DNA of 64,000 nt from an uncultured Candidatus Rokubacteria bacterium (GTDB lineage Bacteria > Methylomirabilota > Methylomirabilia > Rokubacteriales > CSP1-6). The DNA is taken from NCBI GenBank assembly GCA_963754315.1, contig CAVWFS010000007.1, positions 352,001-416,000 on the forward strand, in the 5' to 3' direction. The notes below the pieces were generated by a model. It worked only from the letters and a program-made list of their open reading frames with translations, ran no database searches and had not been told where the DNA came from. A program made the translations under genes and the position numbers. Every line of letters begins with the position of its first letter. The stretch's first letter is position 1. Positions 30,513 to 41,659 of the stretch are shown piece by piece.

Positions 30513-32244
30513 CGGTCCCCTCGTCGCGGAAGCGATTGACGATCGGAAGGCGCCAGTCGCGCCCGAAGGCGCGCGGGGTGATCTTGATGCCTACTGGCGA
30601 CTGGCGGCGCTTGTATTCGTTGCGATCGATCATGGCCACGACCCGGCGGACCACGTTGGGGTCCATTCCGCGCGCGGCGATGTCGGCGACGCTGCGGTCC
30701 TCTTCCACGTACGCCTCCATGACCGCGTCCAGCTCTGCGTACGGGGGGAGGGTGTCTTGATCGGTTTGGTCGGGCCTTAACTCGGCAGAGGGCGGCCGGG
30801 TGAGCACGCTCTCGGGAATGGTGGGACGGCGTGTCCGCGCGTTCAGCAGTCGCGCCAGCTCATAGACCAGCATCTTCGGCACGTCCTTGAGGACGGCAAA
30901 CCCCCCCGCCATGTCGCCGTACAGGGTCGTGTAGCCCACGCTGTACTCGCTCTTGTTGCCGGTGGTCAGGACCAGCCAGCCGAACTTGTTCGAGAGCGCC
31001 ATCAGGTAATTACCCCGGATCCGCGCCTGGAGGTTTTCCTCGGTGACATCGGCCGCCAGCCCCTTGAACGTCCCCGCCAGCGCACGCTGATACGCGCGGA
31101 GAACGGGCGTGATGGGGATGGTCACGAGGTCGATGCCGAGGTTGCGCGCCAGCACTCGGGCATCGTGCCGGGTGCCCCTCGAGGAGTAGGGAGAGGGCAT
31201 GGTGACCCCGGTCACGGCGTCGGATCCGAGGGCCTCGACCGCCACCGAGGCCACCAGTGAGGAGTCGACGCCGCCGGAAAGGCCGACGACGACATGCCGG
31301 AAGCCATTCTTGCCGACATAGTCTCGCGTGCCAACGACCAGCGCTTGCCACACTTCCTCTGCCCCGCTGGGGGAGGCAAGCTGACGTACCGGCAGCGCCG
31401 GTCGGTTTTCCGCGCGCGGCACGGGCGCCAGCGCGATCCGGGACACGGTCTCGGCCTCGCTTGGCGTCTCCTGGCGGCGGCGGGGATCGTGCAACCGGGC
31501 GCGAAAGACGTCGTCGAGGTCCAGATCGGCCACGACGAGGTCCTCCTCGAAGGCACGCCCGTGGGCCACCGTATCGCCCTGCTGGTCGACCACAAGACTC
31601 CTGCCGTCGAAGACCAGCTCGTCCTGGCCCCCGACCATGTTGACGAACGCAAGCGTCACCAGGCTATCGGCGGCCCTCGTGGTGACCATACGCTCGCGGA
31701 AAGCGGCCTTGCCGCGATGGAACGGCGAGCCGTTGATGGTGACGATCAGCTCGGCCCCGGCCAGGGCTTGCTGCGTGGTCGGACCGGCCGGGTACCAGAG
31801 ATCCTCACAGATGTTGACGCCGAAGCTGGCCTCTCCTGCGGTGAAGACGGAAAGCGGGCCGCCCGGCCGGAAGTAGCGGTTCTCGTCAAAGACCCCGTAG
31901 TTCGGAAGGAACCGCTTGTGGTGAATGCCGGCCAGCGATCCGTGGTGGAGCACAGCGGCGGCGTTGAAGATGTCGTCGTGCTTGTCGACGAAGCCAACAA
32001 TGGCCGTGAGCCCCCGCGTGGCGCCAGCGATGTCGTCGAGGGCGCGCAGATTGCCCTCGATGAAGGCCGGCTTGAACAGCAGGTCCTCGGGAGGATAGCC
32101 GGTCACGGCGAGCTCCGGGAACGCCACCAGGTCGGCCCCCACCGCTCGAGCTCGGCCAATCCAGTCGATGATCTTCCGCGTGTTACCTTCGAGGTCTCCC
32201 ACGGTTGGGTTGATCTGGGCGAGGGCGACCCGAAGGAGCCTCAT
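30502..32244 (-). CDS. nadE: glutamine-dependent NAD+ synthetase
   Basis: AQINPTVGD, FPEL, ICED, GLSGGVDS, ENLQARIRG, TTGNKSE, PSAEL. Confidence 0.95.
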   Translation of the reverse strand: MRLLRVALAQINPTVGDLEGNTRKIIDWIGRARAVGADLVAFPELAVTGYPPEDLLFKPAFIEGNLRALDDIAGATRGLTAIVGFVDKHDDIFNAAAVLHHGSLAGIHHKRFLPNYGVFDENRYFRPGGPLSVFTAGEASFGVNICEDLWYPAGPTTQQALAGAELIVTINGSPFHRGKAAFRERMVTTRAADSLVTLAFVNMVGGQDELVFDGRSLVVDQQGDTVAHGRAFEEDLVVADLDLDDVFRARLHDPRRRQETPSEAETVSRIALAPVPRAENRPALPVRQLASPSGAEEVWQALVVGTRDYVGKNGFRHVVVGLSGGVDSSLVASVAVEALGSDAVTGVTMPSPYSSRGTRHDARVLARNLGIDLVTIPITPVLRAYQRALAGTFKGLAADVTEENLQARIRGNYLMALSNKFGWLVLTTGNKSEYSVGYTTLYGDMAGGFAVLKDVPKMLVYELARLLNARTRRPTIPESVLTRPPSAELRPDQTDQDTLPPYAELDAVMEAYVEEDRSVADIAARGMDPNVVRRVVAMIDRNEYKRRQSPVGIKITPRAFGRDWRLPIVNRFRDEGTDGR

Positions 32245-32375
32245 ACCGGTATTGTACGCGGCAGCCAGTCGTGATATACGCTCGTTCAACCGCGAGACCA
32301 ACGGCGCTCTCCCGCACAGCTTGACGCCCATGTGACGCCTGCGAAGGCATGAAAAACCGTGGTAGAGGAGAAGGA

Positions 32376-33903
32376 ATGGTCATGACACGTCGACTCGTAT
32401 ACATCGTCGCCCTCGTGTTCGGTGCTCGGGCTCGCCGCGCTCCCCGCCCCCGCGCAGACCAAGGACACGCTCACCGTGTCCCTCACCAACCATGCCCCCA
32501 CCATGGATCCCCACATGCATTTCGAACGGGTGGGCATCCTGGTCAACATCAACATGTTCGACTCGCTCCTCCATCGCAACGCCAAGCTGGAGTACGAGCC
32601 CTCGCTGGCCACCTCCTGGAAGGCCGTCTCCGACACCGTGTGGGAGTTCAAGCTCCGCCGGAACGTGAAGTTCCACAACGGCGATACCCTCACCGCGGAG
32701 GACGTGAAGTACTCGATCGACCGCGTCATCGACCCCGCCAAGAAGTCGCCCCAGTACGGGAACGTCCGGGCCATCAAAGAAGTCAAGATCATCGCCCCCG
32801 ACACCGTTCACGTCGTGACCGACAAGCCGTTTCCCCTTCTCCTGGAGCGGCTGGTGTTCTTCCCCATCGTGCCCAAGAAGCACATCGAGAAAGTGGGCGA
32901 TCAGGCCTTCGGCGCCACTGCCCCCGTGGGTACCGGCCCGTGGAAGTTCGTGGAGTGGAAGCGCGACCAGTACATCAAGCTCGAAGCCTTCGACGGCCAC
33001 TGGCGCGGCAAGCCGCCCTTCAAGACCCTCGTGTTCCGGGCCATCCCGGAGGTCGCCACCGAGGTGGCGGAGCTGAAGACCGGCGGCGTCGACATCGTCC
33101 GCAATGTCTCGGCGGACCTCGTGCCAGACTTGAAAGGCCACCCCCAGACCTACATCAGCGCCATCCCGATCCTGCGCGTGCACTATGTGATGCTCGACAT
33201 GCGCAGCGCGCCGTTCGACAAGAAGGCCGTGCGGCAGGCCGCGAACTACGCCATCGACAAGCAAGCCGTCATCCAGAAGCTGATGGGGGGATTCGGCTCT
33301 CAGGTGGCCACCGTCGTCCAGCCCGCCGCCTTTGGCCACGATCCGGCCGTCACACCCTATCCCTACGATCCCAAGAAGGCGAAGGAGCTGATGGCACAGG
33401 CGGGCTACGCCAGCGGCGTCGACGTGACCCTGCACAGTTCCAGCGTCGCCTTCCGGCCCGTGTTCGAGGCGATCAGCCAGATGCTGACCGAGGTCGGGAT
33501 CCGGGCCACCCCCAAGATGTGGGACCCGGGCCCGGCCTGGAACAAGGTCTTGCAGGGCGAGGGCAAGGCCACCCATGGTGCCTACAATAACTGGGGCAAC
33601 TACTCGGTCTTCGACGCCGACGCCGTGCTCCATCCGCTCTATCACACGGAGCCGGGAGGTTGGATCGGCAAGTGGTACGCGCGGGTGGAGGGGCTGGATA
33701 AGCTCATCGACGAGGGGCGCTCCACGGTGGATCAGCCCCGGCGCAAGCGGACCTACGCGCAGATCCAGCAGATGATCAAGGACGAGGCGCCGTCCATCTT
33801 CCTGTGGACTCAGTACGACATGCTGGGTATCTCCAAGAAGGTCGCGTACCAGGCCCGCGGCGACGAGTGGCTCTGGCTGTTCGACGCCAAGCCGAAGAAC
33901 TAG
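32376..33903 (+). CDS. ABC transporter substrate-binding protein, family 5 (DppA-like); frameshift near 32425
   Basis: PSLATSW…FKLRRNVKFHNG, PVGTGPW, VRQAANYAID. Confidence 0.9.
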
Positions 33904-33930
33904 CGGCCACCGACACACGCCACTCGGCCC

Positions 33931-34846
33931 ATGACGGCGCTGGTCATCCGTCGCCTCGTGCGCGTTCTCGTGGTGTGTGTCGGCGTCCAACTGGTGACGT
34001 TTCTCATCCTGCAAGCCAGCGGCGATCCAGTGTCGCTCATCATGCCCGAGGCGCCCGAGGCCGACCGAGCCGTCCTGCGCAAAGCGCTTGGGCTCGATCA
34101 GCCGCTGGCCGTGCAGTTCGCCCGCTTCGTGACGAGCAGCCTTCGCGGCGACTTCGGCCAGTCGTTCTTCCACCGCGAACCGGCCACCAAGCTCGTCCTC
34201 GAGCGCATGCCCACCACCCTCACCCTCACCCTGCTCGCCATGGTCCTGGCGGTGGTCGTGGCGTTGCCGGTGGGGATCGTCAGCGCTGTGCGGCGAAACT
34301 CAGCCCTCGATCACGCCGCCACCGTCACCGTGTTCCTCGGCCAGTCCACGCCGCTCTTCTTGACGGGGATCATGCTCATCCTGCTCTTCGGCGTGTACTG
34401 GCGCGTGCTGCCCGTGTCGGGCTGGGCCACGTGGACCTCAGCGGTGCTGCCGACGGTCACCCTCGGAACCTTTTCGGCGCCGCTCCTCTTGCGTATCGTC
34501 CGCTCGAGCATGCTGGAGGTCATCAATCTCGACTACGTCCGGACCGCCCGCGCCAAAGGCGTGACCGAATGGCTCGTCATCTGCCGGCACGCCCTGCGCA
34601 ACGCCGCCTTGCCCTTGGTGACGGTGGCTGGTCTGCAGTTCGGCCTCCTTCTCGGGTGGGGCGGTCATCACGGAGTCGGTGTTCGCGGTGCCTGGTGTGG
34701 GGCGGCTCATCGTGGGAGCGATCCGGCAACTCGACTTCCCGGTGGTGCAGGCGGGCGTATTCATACTGGCCATGATCGTGGTGACCGTCAATTTCACCGT
34801 CGACCTGCTCTACATCTTCCTCAATCCCCAGATTCGGTTGCGCTAG
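33931..34846 (+). CDS. peptide/nickel ABC permease (DppB-like); frameshift near 34655
   Basis: LGLDQPL, GDFGQS, DYVRTARAKG, HALRNA, DLLYIFLNPQIR. Confidence 0.9.
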
Positions 34847-34849
34847 CCT

Positions 34850-35763
34850 GTGGCCGTCGGCACTCTTCCCCGCCCTGATCTCGTCGATGCCCGTCCGGCC
34901 ACGGGCGGCCGCGAGGGGTCGCGTGCCTGGCGCAAGCTGACCCGGAACCCCTTGGCCCTGGCCGGGTCGCTCGTGCTCCTGGTGGTCATCGGGGCTGCGG
35001 TGGCTGCCCCGCACGTGGCTCCCCATGATCCGGCGCGACAGAGCCTCCTGCGGCGCTTCACTCCGCCGGTGTGGGAGAAGGGAGGCAATCCGGCCTATCC
35101 CCTCGGCACCGATCAAGTCGGGCGCGACATCCTGAGTCGGCTCATCCACGGCGGCTCGCATCTCGCTGCGCGGTCGGCATAGCGGCCGTCGTGGTCAGCC
35201 TTCTGGTCGGGGTCAGCCTCGGGCTCCTGAGTGGCTTCGTCGGGGGACGCGTCGATATGGTCATCATGACCGTGGTCGACGTCACCCTCTCCTTTCCCGG
35301 GCTCCTCCTCGCGCTGGCCTTCGTGGCGGCCCTTGGCCCGAGCGTCCTCACCATCATCCTGGTGCTCGGGTTAACGGGATGGGAGCGCTACGCGCGGGTG
35401 GTCCGGGCGGAGGTGCTGGCCCTGCGCGAGAAGGACTTCGTGGAGGCCGCGCGCGCCATGGGTGTCGGAACCACCCGCATCCTGTGCCGCCACCTGCTCC
35501 CAAACACCTTTTCCTCGATCATCGTGCTCTCGACCCTGCAAGTGGCCCAGGCCATCCTGGCGGAATCGGCCCTGTCCTTCCTCGGCGTCGGCAGTGGCAG
35601 CGCCTATCCGACCTGGGGGCAGATGACCGCCCTAGGCCGCGATGTCGTGACCGTGGCGTGGTGGGTCCCCACCTTCCCGGGACTGGCCATTCTCCTCACC
35701 GTGCTATCCATCAATCTGATCGGCGACCGGCTGCGAGACGCCCTCGACCCCCGCGCGAGTTAG
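34850..35763 (+). CDS. peptide/nickel ABC permease (DppC-like); frameshift near 35160
   Basis: LGTDQVGRDILSR, FVEAARAMG, GDRLRDALDP. Confidence 0.9.
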
Positions 35764-35773
35764 AATCGATCCG

Positions 35774-35962
35774 ATGCGTCCCAAGGTCCCCTGGTTACCC
35801 TCTGAGCTGCAACCGGGCTCCGTGGCCGAGCGGTGTCCGGCCTGCGGGCAGGCGGCCTTCATACCCTGGACCTTGCGCCGGGATACGCAGTCCAAGCAAG
35901 TCGTACGCACCTGGGTCTGCACGGAGTGTCAGGTGACCGAGGAGCGTCCCGAACCCGACTGA
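35774..35962 (+). CDS. small zinc-ribbon protein, 62 aa
   Basis: CPACG…CTEC; fills the gap between flanking genes. Confidence 0.65.
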   Translation: MRPKVPWLPSELQPGSVAERCPACGQAAFIPWTLRRDTQSKQVVRTWVCTECQVTEERPEPD

Positions 35963-35983
35963 GCCCCGCCCGGCCGGCCGCGC

Positions 35984-37012
35984 CTACACGGAGTTGACGA
36001 AGTCGATCAGCTCGCGCAGCCGAGCATACGACGTCCGATTGAACATGAGGACGAGCCGCGGCAGCTCGGGAAACTCCGCGCGCTCACGCCGGATCGGTCC
36101 CATCACCTGCTGGATGGGCCCTTTGAAGATGTCGGCGAACCTGTCTTGGACGTCCTCGAGAGCGGCGGCAGGTAGCGGTCGCTGCAGGCGGAAGACGAGG
36201 TTCTCGCCGACGATGCGGGCCGAATGGTAGACGCGATAGAAGTGCGTCACCTCCCGCACCGCGTCCTCCACCGATGCGACGATGCGATAGAAGGACGTGT
36301 CGCGCGAATCGATGAGCCTCTGGGGTACCAAGGTCCCACGGACCCATTCTTCCCACCGTGTCCAGTAGGGTTGAGGCCCCGCCTCGATCATGACCATGGG
36401 GATGATCGCGGCCTTGCCCGTCTGCATCAGGGTGAGGACCTCGAAGGCCTCGTCCATCGTGCCGAAGCCGCCGGGCAAGAGGGCGAGGGCACTGGCTTCC
36501 TTCACCAGGAAGAGCTTGCGGGTGAAGAAGTACTTGAAGGTGATGAGCTTGGGGTCGGAAGCAATCCAGGCATTGGCCTCCTGCTCGAAGGGTAATCGAA
36601 TGTTGAGGCCGAAGCTCTGCTCGCCCCGGGCTCCCTCCTGGGCCGCCCCCATGATGCCCTCACCCGCCCCCGTGATCACCATCCAGCCAGCCTCGACCAG
36701 ACGGCGACCGAATTCTCGGGCCGCTCCCGCCGCCAGCCCCGAGGGCGGCGTCCGCGCGGAACCGAACACGGTCACCTTGCGTACGTGCCGGTACGGTGCG
36801 AAGACCTTGAAGGCATAGCGGAGCTCCTTGAGGGCGGTCGCCGCGATGCGGAGATCACCCACGAGAGCCTCGTCGTCGTTGAGCTTGAGGGCGGTGATGA
36901 GGAGCTGCTGGTAGAGGCCCCGTCGGTCGAGGGGCACGCCGGCTACGTCGAGCAGCTCCAGGATCAGGCGATTGGCCGCGTCGCTCTTGACTTGATACCG
37001 GCGCTCAGCCAC
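35984..37012 (-). CDS. LOG-family (lysine-decarboxylase-like) protein
   Basis: VTVFGSAR, ITGAG, YFFTRK, PGGFGTMDE. Confidence 0.9.
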   Translation of the reverse strand: MAERRYQVKSDAANRLILELLDVAGVPLDRRGLYQQLLITALKLNDDEALVGDLRIAATALKELRYAFKVFAPYRHVRKVTVFGSARTPPSGLAAGAAREFGRRLVEAGWMVITGAGEGIMGAAQEGARGEQSFGLNIRLPFEQEANAWIASDPKLITFKYFFTRKLFLVKEASALALLPGGFGTMDEAFEVLTLMQTGKAAIIPMVMIEAGPQPYWTRWEEWVRGTLVPQRLIDSRDTSFYRIVASVEDAVREVTHFYRVYHSARIVGENLVFRLQRPLPAAALEDVQDRFADIFKGPIQQVMGPIRRERAEFPELPRLVLMFNRTSYARLRELIDFVNSV

Positions 37013-37016
37013 GGCT

Positions 37017-37931
37017 TCAGTATACCGTCAAGGTGACAGCCCGGCTCACGGTGAGTAGCAGCCCTGCCACGATGAGAGCGCCGCCCATCGCCGTGAAGAG
37101 CGTGAAGGCCTCGCCGAGGAGCACCACGCCCAGGAGCGCGCCCACGATCGGCTGGACGGTGAGGAAAATCGCGGCACGAGGAGCCGGGATGCGCGCGAGG
37201 GCCCAGTTCCACACGAGATAGCCGAAGGCGGTGATGACGATCGACAGATAGCCGACTCCCAGGAGCACGCCAGGGCTCCACGGAACGAGCGGCCGCGACG
37301 GAAACTCGAGAGCGGCCAGCGGCACCATCGCGACCACGCCCCACAGGATCGACTGGGTGGTTACCCGGAGCGGATCATGGCGCAGGAGCACATCGCGCCC
37401 CAGCAGGGAGTAGGCGCCATACGCGAGGCCCGCCAGGATGAGCAACGTATCCCCTCGCCAGTGTGGCACCAGGCGTCCGCTCATCCCCGGGATCCCGTTG
37501 ACCACCACGACGACGGTTCCAAAGAGAGCGAGTGCCGCGCCCGCTGCTTCCCGCTGACTCAGCCGCTCGCCGAGGAGCACCGGGGACAGCAGCATGACCG
37601 CCACCGGCTCCACGACGATGAGCAAGGCGGCATTGCTGGCCGTCGACAGGAGAATCCCCCAGTGCGAGAGGGCGAACGCGGCCGCGAAGCCGATAACGCC
37701 CATGCCGGCCACCCGCCACCGATCAGCCGGGGTCACGGCCTCGGGAGGCCCGAGCCTCAGTCGTCCCCGACAAGAGCCGAGCAGGATCAGCGCACCGACC
37801 ACCAGGCGAACGAGGGCCAGAAGCGCCGGCGGCACCGTCTCCAGGACGACACGCGAGGCCGCGTAGGACGTGGAGTAGAGAACGTTGGCGAGGAGGAGGA
37901 CAACGTCAGGAAGGAGCACGCCCCTGAGCAT
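37017..37931 (-). CDS. EamA/DMT-family transporter
   Basis: About 10 TM helices with repeated LLGE motifs. Confidence 0.88.
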   Translation of the reverse strand: MLRGVLLPDVVLLLANVLYSTSYAASRVVLETVPPALLALVRLVVGALILLGSCRGRLRLGPPEAVTPADRWRVAGMGVIGFAAAFALSHWGILLSTASNAALLIVVEPVAVMLLSPVLLGERLSQREAAGAALALFGTVVVVVNGIPGMSGRLVPHWRGDTLLILAGLAYGAYSLLGRDVLLRHDPLRVTTQSILWGVVAMVPLAALEFPSRPLVPWSPGVLLGVGYLSIVITAFGYLVWNWALARIPAPRAAIFLTVQPIVGALLGVVLLGEAFTLFTAMGGALIVAGLLLTVSRAVTLTVY

Positions 37932-38518
37932 ACGGCAGCAGCGCCGCGGCCACCCGAATCGCCACCTCCGGCCCGGCCGCCGGCGGCGAGACAACCTCCC
38001 GCACGGTATCGACGATGACGATGGGGGGCAGAGGCTGGTCTCGCTGGGGATCCTGCCAGCGGCGTCGAATATCGCGGTACACCGCCAGGTCGCTGGCCTC
38101 GCACTCGGGTTGATGCTCCCGCCCCCGCCGGGCCACGAAGCGCCGCTCGATCTCCTGGAGGTCGTCGCAGCAACACAGCACCACGACGGCCACGGCGCCG
38201 TGGGCATGACAGATGGCGTGCACGGCGCGCCGGCGCTCCCGCTCCCCATGGACGGCGTCGACGATCACCGGATCTCCTTCCCGCCCCTAGGGCCTGGGTG
38301 AGCCGACGGCCCATCTCGGCGTACGCCGCGTCCCGCGCGGCATCGTAGGCGCTCACATCACGGGTGAAGCCCGCCGTGCGCTCCACCCAGGCCGGCAGCG
38401 AGATCCCGAGGTCGGCGTAGACGTCGCAGCTGCGGATGAGCATGCCCCCCAGCTGGCCATGCAGGCGTTGGGCAGCAGTCGTCTTGCCGGTGGCCGGCAA
38501 GCCCGCCATGACGACCAC
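37906..38518 (-). CDS. P-loop kinase (AAA_33-like); frameshift near 38280
   Basis: VMAGLPATGKTT, IVDA, C-terminal IVDT. Confidence 0.75.
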
Positions 38519-38540
38519 CAGCCGGGGAGGGACCGATCCC

Positions 38541-39197
38541 TCAGGCGAGGGTGTGCCTCACCATCTTGCTCTCCACCATGTAGATCACCATCTCGGCGAT
38601 GTTGGTGGCGTGGTCGGCCACCCGCTCCAGGAAGCGTGAGACGAGGATCAGCCGGATGGCGCGGGGGATGGTCTTGGGATCCTCCATCATGAAGGTGAGC
38701 AGCTCGCGGAAGATCTGCTCCTTGAAAGCGTCGACGCTGTCGTCCTCCCCACACACCTGGCGGGCGAGGTCGGTGTCGCGGGCCACGAAGGCGTCCAGGC
38801 TCTCCTTCACCATGCGCTGGGCCTGGTCGGCCATGCGGGGAATGTCGATGTACGGCTTGAGCTGAGGCTCGCGATTCAGCTCGACCACACGCTGGGCGAT
38901 GTTCACCGCCTGGTCGCCGATCCGCTCCAGATCGGTCACGATCTTCATGGCCGTGGTGATGAAGCGGAGATCGCCCGCCGTTGGCTGGTGCAGCGCGAGC
39001 AGCTCCACGCACTTCTCGTCGACCTCAACGTCGTAGGTGTTCACTTCACGGTCACGCTCGATGACTTCCTGGGCCAGGTCGCTGTCGCGCTCGATCAGCG
39101 CCTGCACCACTCGGCGGATCTGGTCCTCTACCAATCCGCCCATGGCGAGCAGGGTCTGCTTGAGCGTCTCCAGCTCTTCGTGGAAGTGTCGCTGCAT
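38541..39197 (-). CDS. phoU: phosphate signalling protein
   Basis: QPTAGDLR, DLERIGD, LERVADHATNIAE. Confidence 0.96.
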   Translation of the reverse strand: MQRHFHEELETLKQTLLAMGGLVEDQIRRVVQALIERDSDLAQEVIERDREVNTYDVEVDEKCVELLALHQPTAGDLRFITTAMKIVTDLERIGDQAVNIAQRVVELNREPQLKPYIDIPRMADQAQRMVKESLDAFVARDTDLARQVCGEDDSVDAFKEQIFRELLTFMMEDPKTIPRAIRLILVSRFLERVADHATNIAEMVIYMVESKMVRHTLA

Positions 39198-39210
39198 CGC
39201 TCCCCCCAGC

Positions 39211-40017
39211 CTAGCCGAAACGGCCCGTGATGTAGTCCTCGGTCCTCTTGTCGCGCGGGTTGGTGAATAGCTCCCGGGTCACCCCGAACTCGGCCAACTC
39301 TCCGAGCAGCATGAACCCCGTGTAGTCGGAGACGCGGGCGGCCTGCTGCATGTTGTGGGTCACAATCACGATGGTATAGCTGTTCTTCAGCTCGAGCATC
39401 AGTTCTTCGATCTTGGCGGTGGCGATCGGATCGAGGGCCGAGCAGGGCTCGTCCATGAGCAGCACGTCGGGTTCCACGGCGATGGCGCGGGCGATGCACA
39501 GTCGCTGCTGCTGGCCCCCCGACAACCCGAGGGCGCTGTCGCGCAGGCGGTCGTTCACTTCGTCCCACAGGGCCGCCGCGCGCAGGCTCCGTTCCACGAT
39601 ACCGTCGAGGTCCGTGCGGCTCCCGACCCCGAGGATCCGGGGACCGTAGGCGACGTTCTCGTAGACCGACTTGGGAAACGGGTTGGACTTCTGGAAGACC
39701 ATGCCCACCCGCTTGCGCAATTCGGTCACGTCCAAGGTCGGATCGTAGATGTCGGTGCCCCCGATCCGGATGGTGCCCGTGGTACGAACACCATCTATCA
39801 GATCGTTCATGCGATTCAGACACCGCAGCAAGGTGCTCTTGCCGCAGCCAGAGGGGCCGATATAGGCGGTGATCCGGTGCTTGGGCACGGACATGGTGAC
39901 GTCCTTGAGGGCCTGCTTGGTTCCGTACCAGAGGTTGAGCTTCTCGATCTCCACCATCGGTGCTTCCATGATACCGGCCAGGGTGGCATGAGGATTCAGG
40001 GCGGCCGTCAGCTGCAT
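39211..40017 (-). CDS. pstB: phosphate ABC transporter ATPase
   Basis: [37 protein letters not shown]. Confidence 0.96.
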   Translation of the reverse strand: MQLTAALNPHATLAGIMEAPMVEIEKLNLWYGTKQALKDVTMSVPKHRITAYIGPSGCGKSTLLRCLNRMNDLIDGVRTTGTIRIGGTDIYDPTLDVTELRKRVGMVFQKSNPFPKSVYENVAYGPRILGVGSRTDLDGIVERSLRAAALWDEVNDRLRDSALGLSGGQQQRLCIARAIAVEPDVLLMDEPCSALDPIATAKIEELMLELKNSYTIVIVTHNMQQAARVSDYTGFMLLGELAEFGVTRELFTNPRDKRTEDYITGRFG

Positions 40018-40057
40018 TGGGGTCCCCTCGAGCGCGGGGCGGGGGGCGCGCATGTCC

Positions 40058-41659
40058 TTACACCGCCGATGTCGCGTATTTCCGGCGCAGCCGGTTACGC
40101 AAGGTGATGGCAAACAGGTTCATGAAGACCACGATGAGCAGGAGGAGGAAGGCGGTGGCGAACACCATGGGGCGCGCGGCATCGACATTGGGCGACTGAA
40201 AGCCGACGTCGTAGATGTGAAAGCCCAGGTGCATGAATTTGCGGTCGAGGTGCAGGAAGGGCCAGAACCCGTCAATCGGCAAGGCGGGAGCCAGCTTCAC
40301 GACCCCGGTGAGCATGAGAGGCGCCACCTCACCGGCGGCGCGGGCCATGGCCAGGATGAGGCCGGTCAGAATCGACGGCATCACCGCGGGCAGCACCACG
40401 CGGAGAGTCGTCTCCAGCTTGGTGGCCCCTAGCGCCAGCGAGGCCTCGCGTGTCGCTCGGGGAATCGCGGCCAGTCCCTCTTCGGTGGCCACGATGACAA
40501 CGGGGATGGTCAGCACGGCCAAGGTGAGAGACGCCCACAGTATGCCGCCCGTCCCGAACGTGGGGGTGGGCAGTGACTCCGCGAAGAACAACTGATCGAT
40601 GGTGCCGCCCATGAAATAGATGAAGAATCCGACCCCGAACACCCCGAAGACGATGGACGGAACACCCGCCAGGTTGTTGACGGCGATGCGGACGGTACTG
40701 ACAAACGCCCCCTGCCGCGCGTACTCCCGCAGGTAGAACGCGGCCAGAACGCCGAGAGGCGTGACCAAGATGCTCATGATGAGGACCATCATGACGGTCC
40801 CGAAGATGGCCGGGAAAACACCGCCTTCCGTGTTGGCCTCGCGCGGATCATCAGCCACAAAGGCCCACAGACCGGCCATGTAGTGTCCGAGCTTGGCCGG
40901 TAGCCCCATGGAGTTCGGGAAATACACGTCAACGATCTGGGCCAAGGGTACCTCCTTGTCCTTGCCCCCGTCGGCCCTCACCACAAGATTCAAGGTCTCC
41001 CGAGTCCTCAGCTCGGCCAGCCGCGCCGCCTCCTGCTTGTAGCGCTCCTGGAGGGCCGCCATCTCTGCTCGTAAGGCCTCCAGCCGCGGCCCGCTCGTGT
41101 CTCCGGCCAGCTCGAGACGGCGAAGACCCAGCCGGATGTTCTCTTGGGCGTGATTGATGGCGCCGATATCGCCCTTCTCGATAGCGCGGATCTCGCGCCG
41201 GAGCTTGGCCACTTCCGGCATTCGCTCGGCGAGGACGGTCAGCGAGGCCGCCACCCCGGAGGCGATGACCTGTCCGCGGTCGGTAACCGCCACCAGGCGC
41301 CCGATGAGGATGCCCCACTCCGTGCGATCGATCACGGCGACATCGCGCGGATATTCGCCTCGGGCGATGCTCGCCTCGTCCACCCACACGAAGTCAGCGC
41401 CATAGAGATCTCGGTTCGCTACCCTGATCTTGATGCGGTGCTCGCCGGGCTGCCCGGGAATACCTTCCCGGGCGACGATGGGACCCGTCAGTACCTTGCC
41501 GTCCTTCAATGTCACCTGGGCTACGGCGGCCGGCCAGAAAAAGCCGAAGCCGTTGTACAGGATGAGCGCGATCAGTCCCGCCACCATGAGCAGGGAGATG
41601 GCGAGGGCCCCTCCGGTGAGCCACACGAATGGTTCGCCGCTCGTCCACAGCTTCTTCAT
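40058..41659 (-). CDS. pstA: phosphate ABC permease, long form
   Basis: [36 protein letters not shown]. Confidence 0.93.
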   Translation of the reverse strand: MKKLWTSGEPFVWLTGGALAISLLMVAGLIALILYNGFGFFWPAAVAQVTLKDGKVLTGPIVAREGIPGQPGEHRIKIRVANRDLYGADFVWVDEASIARGEYPRDVAVIDRTEWGILIGRLVAVTDRGQVIASGVAASLTVLAERMPEVAKLRREIRAIEKGDIGAINHAQENIRLGLRRLELAGDTSGPRLEALRAEMAALQERYKQEAARLAELRTRETLNLVVRADGGKDKEVPLAQIVDVYFPNSMGLPAKLGHYMAGLWAFVADDPREANTEGGVFPAIFGTVMMVLIMSILVTPLGVLAAFYLREYARQGAFVSTVRIAVNNLAGVPSIVFGVFGVGFFIYFMGGTIDQLFFAESLPTPTFGTGGILWASLTLAVLTIPVVIVATEEGLAAIPRATREASLALGATKLETTLRVVLPAVMPSILTGLILAMARAAGEVAPLMLTGVVKLAPALPIDGFWPFLHLDRKFMHLGFHIYDVGFQSPNVDAARPMVFATAFLLLLIVVFMNLFAITLRNRLRRKYATSAV

